Shown here: positions 37,838 to 48,800 of the stretch, one piece after another
Position numbering within the stretch: position 1 is the stretch's first letter
How the letters are laid out: each line of letters begins with the position of its first letter
From: Raillietiella orientalis
Taxonomy: Eukaryota
NCBI GenBank assembly: GCA_036172245.1
Contig: JAYWIR010000014.1
Span: forward strand, 1,736,001-1,800,000
Direction: 5' to 3'
Length of the DNA stretch: 64,000 nt
Notes under the pieces: model-generated
The model's database searches: none
Told to the model about the DNA's origin: nothing
The model's input: only the letters and a program-made list of their open reading frames with translations
Position numbers and translations under genes: made by a program

Positions 37838-40401
37838 GACAGGATCTGCACGCAATTCCAGCTTTGCCACTGGTGGCGCCGTCTTTGCGAAAGATCGCAC
37901 CTTCAGCGGCGGCACTCCTATATCTCCGCTGGCCAGATTGCTTCCAAGGGAATCTCGGATTTCCTCTCCCTTCCACAGGAAGTCCGAAGCGATCGGATTC
38001 TAGCTTTTTCTTCCTGTTCTTTTTCGTCTTTGCTCCATTGGATTCCTTTCGAACCTGTGGGGTTTGTCTGCTGGGAGCCAACCCAGTTTGCGTTTTTACA
38101 GCCAAAATGTGCGACGTAGAGCTGCTGAAGGGCAGTGGCTGACCATCCCCAAAGAGTCGCGAGGCCGATTCGACTTCGAGCGAGGTTCGGGTCGGGGGGG
38201 AGGAGGCACGGGCCGACCCATGAGTATCCCAGTCACGAAGTACCTCGCCACCAGAGGTGCTCTTCGCAAACTTCGAGTCTGTCCGTCGGAGACGAGGGAA
38301 TACTTTGATGAGCTTCTGGAAGCCGCCAGGGGGAGATGGCCAGTGTACCCTCCCTCCCGTCTTACCTCCCACAGCCTCCAGAAGTCCAAAAATGCGCGAA
38401 ACTCATCGGAAAGCACGAGAACCGCGTCTTCTCGCAGCGCTTCCTCGAAAGCGGGAGGATCAGACAAAGGATCTCATCCAGCCCCTTCCCCCCATCCCTC
38501 GCAGACCCTTACCATCACGGAACGCATTTCAAATTTTTTCCTCGTCTTTCCGTCCTTCATGACTATCGTGTGTTCCATATTCCGCATTCTCTTCGATTTG
38601 CGAAGTCATCGTCATGACAACGGATGGGAAGCTTTTTCCCATGTGAGCAGGGCTTTTAAAATAATGAAAACGGGAAGCAAGGACTTTAAAAATAACATCC
38701 TCATTCCGAATAAGCAGACACTAAATCATGGAACTTCCAGGTTTGCTCTCGTCATCGCTTGGGGATTTCGTTAATTTCGAGGACGAAATTTGGAGAGATG
38801 CGAGATCCCACTATTCGAGATGGGAAGGCACCTACGCCGGGAGAGAGAGAAGGCTTCATCGCTCCACCGGACCGCGTGCGGAGGATGCGTTCGTGCGAGA
38901 AGCCTAAGGGATGCTGCTGCACGGCAAGAGGAACTGCCGCCTGCAGCCCCTCGATCACGGTTGCGGAAGTGCGGGACAGGAAGCGGTTCGGTCCGCTGGG
39001 AACGAACCGCTTCCCGACGCCAAGGAACGCAGGCGCCGGATCCGAGCAGCTGCTGGAACGGACGCGCTTCTCAAATGGCCCACGCGGCCAAAGGGAGGGC
39101 GCGCCTCCAAGTATATTTCCCTAACATCACTCTTGTGTCCCTCCCCCAGGATTGTGGCTCCTTGCCGTGCTAGGAGCGCTTTCGGGGAAAACCATGTATC
39201 CGGGTGGCGAAGGAGAAAAGGAATCCTCCCTTCCTCTTCTTCCCCTGTATTCATCCTTATTTTCCCTTTCTCTTCAGCTTTTCCTCCTCTTTCTTCCTTC
39301 CTTCCGCTTCTTCCTTTTTCTCCTATCTACACTGAAAATCTACCTTCTTTCTTCTTCTCTCCCCCATCTTCCCCGCCCCCAAAAGACAAAAAACTCGAAG
39401 GTGATCTTTGCAAGGTGATTCTCAGCCTCTTCATCTGAGAGTTGCAACATCTCTGGAAAAGAGATGGACGGCTGTTCGGCTGTGAAGGAATGCCCGACTA
39501 AAGATGACCATCTACGTCCTCTCCCCGGATGGCGACCAACGTATCGGATACTTCTGAGAAATCTTTCAAGTACCGAAGTTAGAAGAACGACGATGCAAGA
39601 AAGTGGCAGGGTCACTTGCGTGCGTCACTCGGAGAGATCTTGCACAGGGGGGATTCAGCAGGACTTTTCATTGAGGATTCTCCGATGTCATCCCGTATGT
39701 CCTTTCTCCCCGAGGGGACACACAGCTGTGAAATGAGAAGTCCTCAGAGATGTTCAGTATCAGGTGCTTTGGCCTCCTTCCACATGACAAGCGAGGCGAC
39801 AGGTGCGAGCCAGAGAGTTTCAGGGACAAGAAATTTTTCTTGCAGTCGAGAAGGAGCACCGTCCAAACTCCCCTCTTCGATAGATATCCTCGATAATTAA
39901 AGAAAGGCTTTCAGAACAGCCTACGATGGCTCAAGCAAGTGTCCCTTCTACAGCACTGGGCGAAGGTGAATGCAGAGAAAGAGGAGCGTTGGGAGCACAA
40001 AAACGCCTCGGAGGAGAGGTTCGAAGGAGGGCGCCTCCGTCGAAGCAACGGCCAGCCCTTCGGAAGGGACAACTTTCAAGATCCCCCTAGGATATGGATT
40101 CGTGCCACTGTCTGTGGCTGCAGCTCTCGGTTCCTGCAGGAGAGGCCACAGCGACTGTCAGGTGTTTGGAAGCCTTGCCAGACCTGGGGAACGGAGACGA
40201 ATCCTGATGGCAAGGATGGTGAGAGGACGCTCAGGGTAAGTCGCATCCCGAATAGAAGCGCCTCCTTGGGGAGCCTTTGTAGACCCGAAGGCATTCGAGG
40301 GTCTTGCCTCTGGAAGAAGCGGGTGGTTCGGAAAGGGACTGAAGACGTGGACAGTCGATGGATGAGCATGGCTTCGTACTGGGACTCCTAGCGCTCCCGA
40401 T

Positions 40402-40584
40402 GTCGCGTCTCCTTCTGGCACACCAGGCGAACGAACTCCCAAGCGAGGCTCGCTGTCCTTCTACCGAGTCCGCTACCTCATTTGCATCCCCTCTTGAAGT
40501 CACCTCCAGTCTGCACCGAAGTGCAACCCGGGGACTGAACAGGCATGGAGAGCTGGATTCCGGAGCCAGCCAACTCGAGTCTTC
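40402..40584. repeat. ~190 bp dispersed repeat, copy B
   Basis: Direct, diverged copy of 37642-37837 with small indels. Confidence 0.8.
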
Positions 40585-42809
40585 TCCGAAAAAACCGAGT
40601 GAGTGAAGTATCCGAGAGTGAGATGAAGATGAGAAGATGCTCTTTGTCCTCAAGTTCTTCTTCTTTTCTTGCTGGCCAAATCGTGTGTTCTGAGACTACG
40701 GTTTTCCTGAGTCCTCGTTCCGAGTGGGGCATGAAGAACAGATGAACTGCGGTCTCTCAGAGAGCGGCCAGAGCAAGGCGGGATTTGGCGCGCTTTCCTG
40801 GTACATTCGAATCTGTCCTACTGTCTTTTCCCAGACTGCACCAGAAAAAGAGTGGCCACCAGTGAGATGAACATGAAAATGGAAGTGCAGCTCGCAATCC
40901 AATCAGGTAATGTCGCGAGGATGAAGGAACGCTTCGCGCCCGAGGGTTCTCTCCCAGCATGCGGGAGTCTCCCACATCCTAGACGGGAAATCTCAAGGCG
41001 AATGCACCTGTCGACGGAAACGAAATCGAGCCCCGGTCAGCAGGGTTTTCGGGACTCCTCGTGCCGTTTTCTCTCTCGAAGCGACACACCGGACCAGGTC
41101 CTCTCCTGGGTCAGGGGCACGGTGGCAGCTTCCGAGAGATGAGCACAGAGCCAGGAGAGCACAGTCTTCAGGAGTAAGAAAGCTCGAGCTCCCGCTCTAC
41201 CGCTTATTTTTTGCGCCTTTTACTAAAGAAAACTGTGGGTGGGAGCGTCTTAAAGCCGTGGGATAGAGGGAACGGCGAGGAAGGAACGTGGCGTAGCTGC
41301 GGAAACCGACAGCCCCACGAAGCATCCCTCCCGTGAGTTCCCGCTTCTCTTCTGATGGCTCCCGTAGGAGGCGGAAAGAGGAAGAGTCCGTCCGTCTCAC
41401 ATCTCTTGGACCTCTCGTGGCTGAAACGAAAGGAGCAGCGGTGGAAACCCTCGTTTCCCAGTAGGCGGAGCAGAGGCGGAAGATCTTTCCGGATTCTCGC
41501 CAGCTTCGCAACCGGCAATGCAAGCATCCTCTGGACCCCATCTTACGGTCGTCACCGCGAGCGGGTCTCGAAAGTCCCATTCGGGATTCTTCCCTCGTCT
41601 TCGCGATTCCCTCTGTGGCTAAGAAGGTATCCCCATCCTCGGAGCGACTTTACATTTCACCTCATTCCGGGACCAACAACGCGCTCAGCGGCTTCCCTCG
41701 AAGAGCGTCTCCTAGGATGCTCGATACATTCCGCAAGTCGAGACTACTCTCAAGGTCTCTCCCCCCTATTCTTAAGGGATAAGCAGCGGGAATAGAGCGC
41801 CTGGGAGGATGTTTCAAGGAATGTCTTGCTTTTCTCTGAGAGATTTTCGCTCAAGGGATCGGAAGACGATAGCAACTGCAGGAGGAAAAGGGAGGAGGAG
41901 GAAGAGGGGGGCAAAGGAGGAGGAGGAGGCACCCGCGGCAGGCAGGATTCAAACGTTCCTCATCCCCTCCTCCTCCTCCTCTTCTCCGCCTCATATAGCT
42001 TTTCTTTTTCGCGGTCCCAAGTCGGGGAGGGCAGGAGAAGAGTCGTTTGAAGACTAGAGATGGAGGCTGGATTCCGGCTCCATCAGAAGATAGTGAACGG
42101 GAACCACCATCCCTTGCTCTCAGAAGGACGAGCCTGGAATCCGAAGGGAGTCGGGGTATCCGCCTTTTCCCAGAAACGGCTCCAGGGGAGGAGAGGAAAC
42201 AGCTTTCGCGATCCAGTAAGCGGAATACCAGGATAACGGAAAGAGGAGTAGGGAATTTCCGGGCTGGGGGAGCCGGCCAGACACCTTTTTCCAAGAGTAG
42301 CCTTCCGAACGAGCTGAGGGCGAAGTCCAGGATGGAGGTCGCCATCCCTGAGGAGTCCGTCGTGGCACAGCCTTCGCGATTCCCCCGGTGGCTGGGAGGG
42401 CCGACCTCCCAGACACCGTCTCTAGAGTCCGAGACGGGAGAGGAGGGGTTCCCTCCCGACCGCCATCTCCAGCAGCGGGGAGGCTGGGAATGGGAGATGG
42501 TTCCCTATTCCCTTCGAGTCGCGGTACTAGGAGACCAGAGAGTGTCTGTCGGTGGGTGCCGAACTGATCCGATGCGCCTCCCGACCCCACTCCGCACCAC
42601 ACACCGTGTCGTTGCACCGAAGACACAGGGGAGGATGAGCCTGGTCGGCAGCACCGGACAAGGAGGGCCTGTGGAACACGAATAGGGCGGTGATCTCCCT
42701 GGACCTCCAAGGATGCTTGATCGGGTGCGTTGAAGCGAGGCAGGGGAGCAGGAAGCTGCCACGTATGGCAGTGGCCATGGAGACTACCGCCACCACACCC
42801 CCCCTCTGA

Positions 42810-42853
42810 CTAATACCCTGTTTCGATCTCCTGTCGTCGTCCACGGCCGTCCT
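42810..42853 (-). CDS. rdgA: DGK terminal exon
   Basis: GGTGCAG acceptor, phase 1, (K)DGRGRRQEIETGY*; resembles the DGKZ end REDQETAV. Confidence 0.65.
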
Positions 42854-45800
42854 CTGCACCGCAGCAGGGGGTCAGTGACCTTGAAGCGGCGCATTTCCGT
42901 GAGCGAGCCAACGAGGCGAAGGAAGGGGGGGTGTAGCGGAAAATTTGGGGAGAGGAAGAAGGAATTGGAAGGAGAGGAAAGCTCCCAGGCGAGCTGCCCA
43001 GCATCTCCCTTGCCTTCTTCAGAGCGAAAGGGGGAGAGGGACTCAATACCGGGCAAGGGGATGTCCTGCTGATGCTTGCCATATCGGGAAAGAAGAGAAG
43101 AGGTGAAGAGGGTGGAGAGAAGTGGAAAGGAGGAAGGCGCCGACGAATCTTCCTGTAGCACCTTCCTAAAAGCCGGAAGGGAAACGAAGAAGAGCGACGG
43201 GGCTCGCTGGCGGAAGAACAGAGAACGGCGGCGGGGGAGGGGGGTCGATGGCGCCGTGAATGTGGTTTCGCGCGCATCGGGCAGGGGGCCTGCCGCAACG
43301 AGTCCCGGCCCACGGCCCACGAGTGGACGTTTCTCCTCAGAGAGGAAACCTCGCTGCCTGCCTGTTCCAGCGCGAAAAGTCCCTGAGAGGGCGAGCTACC
43401 CCTCCCTCGTTCCCCTCTCCTCCGGGAAGGGAGGGAGGAGACGCGAAACGGCGACCGGGAGAGTGAGAAGCGTCCCCACGGGGCGGGGGGAAGGAAAGGG
43501 AGGAACCCTGGAGCGCTCCTTTTGAAACGGTGCCGCCGGCCGAAGGCGTCTCCGACGCTCGGGGGCGAGCGAAGGGAAGGGAGGAGCGAAAGGGGAGGAG
43601 GAGATGGGGGATACAGAAGCCGGAGGGAGGAAGACCTACTGATCAGATAGTTGGCCAGCTCCTTGTCGCAGGCATCCTCCGCCAGCTCCCGAGGGATTTT
43701 CTGGGAAGCGTCCGGAAAGAGGAGTGAAGCTCCCGCGGCAATCAGGATGCAGCAGATGGACCGCTGTCTGCTGCTGGCGGCCATATGCAGCGCCGTGCGC
43801 CCCCTGCCGAGGGGAGAGAGAGGGATGGTGAGAGAAACCGCTCTCGGCGCGCGTTCCCTCGCTTCCCGCCCTACCTGTCCCACTGGGTCCACCATTCCCG
43901 TCCCTCACGCGACCCCTTCCCCTCCCGACTCACTCGTGGAAGTCCGTCACGTCCAGGAAGGAAGAAGGCGTGTGCGCCACGACGTACTGGACCACGTCGG
44001 TGTGACCGTGGACCGTCGCGTGGTGCAGAATGGACTTGCCCAGGGTGTCGACCACGGTCAGCTTGCGGCCAGCCTGGTGGAGGTCTCTGATCTGAGGGAG
44101 CACCATCAGGAGGAGAAAGTGCGACCTCCAGGGACTCCTTTTTTACCCTGTGCACGTCTCCCCTTTTCGCGCACTCCAGAAGCTCGTCGACGTCCTCTTC
44201 TTCCTCGCCATCGGGTCTACGGGGAAAACAGGCAAGAGAGAGGGAGAGCGAAGGACCACCTTCAAGCACCCCTCCTCCCCGAAAGGTTCCCGAATCAGAA
44301 TACTTTTCGGGATCTCGGATGCTGAGAGTTCTGCCTCCTCCGAAGGAGTTCCTCCCCCGCTTCGATCCCTCGCTCACGCCAAGCCACGCGGCCCGGATGC
44401 GGGCTTCATAGCCGGGGACGAGCTCCTGCAGCTGGCGAATGGGAACAGCTCCTTCGCCTTCTAAAGGATGCTGGGAAGATGCCCCACGGGGTGCCAAAGG
44501 GGGTCTCATGCTCCGTGGGGCCGTCGCGCCTCCTCCGAGAATACCGGAATTCTCTCGGGGATGAGGGATGAGGAAGCTGCCCGGAGACGCCGTGTCGTTG
44601 CAGAGCCGTCCAGAGGGCCAACTTCCTCCAGGATAGACGTAGGAACTTGGGATGCACGAAGACAGCCGGATGGCAGCCGCAGTCGAGGGATCCCGTGGCA
44701 AAGGAAGCCGCCAACCCCGGAAACGAGCAAAGATCATTCTCCTCTGAGGGGCGTCCAAGAAAGGACGCATCTAGGAGTGTTCCTCGTTGCCGAAGGCAAC
44801 GAGAAGGCAAACGGGACCTCGTTCAGCGTGCTGGCCCGTAGCTCGCGTGAGGATCAATGACGATGCCATGCAGAAGTCCGGCGACGATAGCGACATGGGG
44901 TTATGGTGGCGCGAAGCGGAAACGTGCGTGACTACGTGAGGGCTGCTGCTGTCACCACACGGAGACCGAGGCAGTGTGACGCAGAACCTGCGTGACGACA
45001 CGGGGATGGAGCGACGTCAAGGAGGTGCCGCCGCGCATCAGTGCGAAGCCATTGTTCATTTCACTTGAAATTTCGTCGGCTGCCTCACGCAACTCCGCGT
45101 GACGGCACGGGAGCGAAGGGGGACGCAAAAAAGTTCACGCTACTCGGGGAAAAACTTCGAACGCAGGTGCAAGAGCGAGTAGTAGTCTTTATGCCCTCCC
45201 AAAGTCCCCGATGCGTCCTAGCTCGGCACAGGAGACGCCGCCTCCGCTCCACGTCATGTGTTTCCTAGAGAACGAGTCGCCAGGCGAGATCACCAAAAGG
45301 GGAGCCCGGAAGCCACGAAACACGCCCGGCTGTCCGCCCCTCTGGTCACACTCGGAAAGGGAGACCATCACGCCATCATGTCATCAGTATGTCTCGAAGG
45401 TAATGACCTGAGCGAGCGGAATGCCCGGATGACGGGAATGGGAAGCGTTCAGTTGATCTGCAGTGCTCTCAAAAGCAAAATCAATGGAGGGTGAAGGGGA
45501 AAGTCGCGCCATTTTTCAGGGCTGCCATCTCTTCTCCAGAGGGCGCTTCGTTGGAATGGCGCTCTGAAGACACACTCAATGGAGCGAATGCTTTCTTCTG
45601 CTCGATCCTCATTTCCGCTCGGTTCCCATCCGCTGCCGGTTGCCCTTCGTGGCAACTGGCAGCGGATGCCGGCGCGCGCCTGAGATTCTGGGCAGGAGTC
45701 TGGGAGCAGGACAACGGTCTCCCCCTTCCAGAAAACGAGCACTCGAGAAGGAAGCTATCGTACTCTCTGACTTGGCAGCGGCAAGTGGCGGTAACGGCAG

Positions 45801-48800
45801 CCTCGTGTGAGTTTCCCTCGAAGGGAAGCAGCCGCCAAGTACCCTTGAGAGATGCTGGCCTTCATGGAGACGTGGTCGGAGATCTTACGGGAGTCGAGTG
45901 ATCGCTGCGCTCATAGAGGTGTACACGATCTCGTGCGCGCGTCTGCGGCAGTCCAAGGGATTCATGCAGCAGGCACCTAGAAACGCGTGTGTCTGCGTGG
46001 CACTCTGTCCCGACTACTCCCCTCCTGGGAAACCGCCCTGCCGTATGAAAGGGGGGGAGCCGAGTTTGGCGGCGAGGCTAGAGACCATCCCATGGTCCTC
46101 GCCTTGCGTGACGCAGGCCCAAGTTTCACTGTCGCGACTTCAGCGAATTCGGCTAAGGGAACTGCCGGTCAGCCAAAGTGCTGTCTCCAGATGAAAAGGG
46201 AGCATCGTCTGCGAGGACAAAAAGAGGAAAGAAGTGGGCAGCGAGAGACGAATGACGGGAGGCCCTCATCTCCTTTCGGAGCCACCGAGGGAAACCTCAG
46301 AGCAACGGGTTGGCGTAGATCGCGGACCACTTGCTACCTTCCTTTGTGTTCCCGCCCACGAAACGGAAGAGCAGGAGAGAAAATGGGAGCTGTGTCGAGA
46401 GGATAGACCTCCATCCTCCTTGTCCGTCGCAGAGCACTTTGGTAGCCTGAAGCGGCGTTTCGCAACTCGCACCACGGACGATACGGCGGCGTTGAGAGTG
46501 GGGTGGGAGTGGGTTCCCGTTTCCGGGTGCCGAATGGAGGTGAAAGGAAAGCGGGAATGAAAAGGAAGAAGGGAATGGAGCTTGCGAAGGAAGAGGCCTT
46601 GCGGTGACCTGGAGTCATCCCTGGAAGATGGGACCGCATGCACGCATTCCAACTTCCGACGAGCTTGAACCCCTCCCGGTTAGTAGGATCCATCCTCTTC
46701 CCCTTGGAGGGGGAATCAGGAGACTTCCGATCGGCAGTTCCGAGAATTTCCGCCTCATTCCGTTTTGACCACTTTCTACTGATAAGGAGGTGGGAGAGCA
46801 GGAGGAGTGCAGGCACAAATAGTTAATTCTTCCGCCATGCATGCGTCTCCTTGAGCCCTTCCTCCTGGCCATCTGTCAGCACCCGTGGATGCCTTCGAAC
46901 TTCTCTGGAGGGGTCGGAATGGCAACTCCCTCCAACGGCAATTGACCTACAAGGAATGGCGACGTCCTCGCGCCGTGCCTCAGCGTCCAAAAGATGGAGG
47001 CACAGCGGGAGCAGCATGAGCTCTGCTCTGGTCCACAGATTCCACAAAAGAAGACCGAAAGAAGGACCTTCCTCGCTGCAAGGTCCTGCTTTCCGTCCTC
47101 CCCTTCTCCAGCCTGCAGGTCCACGGGACGGTTTGGCATGGAGGAAGAAGGGGAGGGGAGGGAAGTCTCCTCGATGTCCATCTGCGGTTCTCGTTCCCTC
47201 GACGGTTCCTGCAGCCCTTTCCAGAAGTTCCCATTCGTTGCCCCAGAAGACGTGCTGCGCTACCATGGGGAGAGTGTTTGTCTCTTGGCTACCCCAGGAC
47301 AAGCCTAGCCCCAACTTGGGAGCGCGAAGCGGCCATTATGGTAAGTCATTACGGGGGAAGTAAAAGAGGTGTAAGGACAGGAAGATGATCCGCAATGACC
47401 CACTGGACAGAAGGGAGGAGTGGAAAAGAGAGACAGAAGACGTAAGGAAAGGAAGAAATGGTCAGATTTCACTCCTCCTCCCTTCTGTCCAGTTGGTCGG
47501 ACTCGTTCCAGGTGGAACTTCGTAGGACCTCACCTGTTGGTTTGCTCGCCCTTCTCAGGAAGGTCCTCAAGGGTTTGCCTTAGGAAATCCTGCATGCCCT
47601 CTTCCGACGAGAAGTTCTTGATTTCGGAGGAGGTCTGGGTGTTGAGGATGAACAGCTGGTGGTTGTTCAGGTCGCAGATGTCCGAGACGTAGTGGAAGTT
47701 CTCCTGGTTCTGGTCGATGCGGAAGAACCTATCTGCCGTGTATGCTGACAGACGAAGGGATACTGCATCTCCCTCACCAACTCGAGCAACTTACAATCCA
47801 AAAAGCACCAGTCATCTTCGAGCGCCAGCGATGCCTCGTTGCCCAGGTTGAGCACGAAGGCCCTAGCCTGTTCCAGATCGCAGTCCAGATTCACGTAGAT
47901 GACTCCTAGCTTCCTGGCTAGAAGAGAAAAAAACCTGAGTTCCCGTTTTTCCAGTGAGTTTCCGGGAAGCGGGAGGGAAAGAGGGGAGGAGACTGCAAGA
48001 GTTTCTTCTGCTTAAGATTCTCGGAGTGGTGGGCGCGGGTAGGTGAACGATGTGGTTCCGCGGAAGAGGCAAACCATGAGAGCTGCTCCGATGTCGAATG
48101 TCTCTTTTTCTACCTCTTCTGTTGCTTGGAGAAAAGGGGGAAAAAAACGAAACGGATTCCCAGCGGCAAGCAGTGCTCATCGATACCTCCGCACGGCATA
48201 GTCTGCCAGAGTTAGAAGTGTACAGCGGAAGCGGCGCCGACTTTCCCCTCGCTACAGCCGCGTGCTCTCGTCACGTGGCGCTAGTGGGACCGGTTCGCGC
48301 AGATCTTGGTCAGCCTTGTATCTGTCCTTTCGGAGGAAGCCATGAGGCTTTCAGGAAATGCACCGATGCTCCCGGCGGGAACGAGGATCTCTTTTCCAGG
48401 AAGGACTATCGCCGCAAGACACGGAGTGGACAATCCAGAAACCGAAGGGTAAAGGGAAGGCACCGAAGAGTTGGAGGCGGGGGTAGCAGGATGTGACTGG
48501 CGAAGGAGTGACTGTCAGCTCAGTTCACAGAACGAGGGCGAAAGATGTAAGACGGCTTCCAACTCCCTCAGTCCAATAGGGTGGGCGTACCACTAGCTTC
48601 CTATTCCTTCCGCCTATGAGGCAGTTGGGAACTCTGTGAAGCTGAATCGGGTCGTCCTACGGGCCCAACTTTGCTATCGAATCAGTCAACCGTCCCAAGA
48701 AGCATTCCCGAGAAGGTTTTCCGTAAGGTCGAACCTCCCGACATGTCCGCAAAAAGAGGAACGGGGTGGTGGCAGGCAAGAAAGGGAAGGGTGGAGGTCA

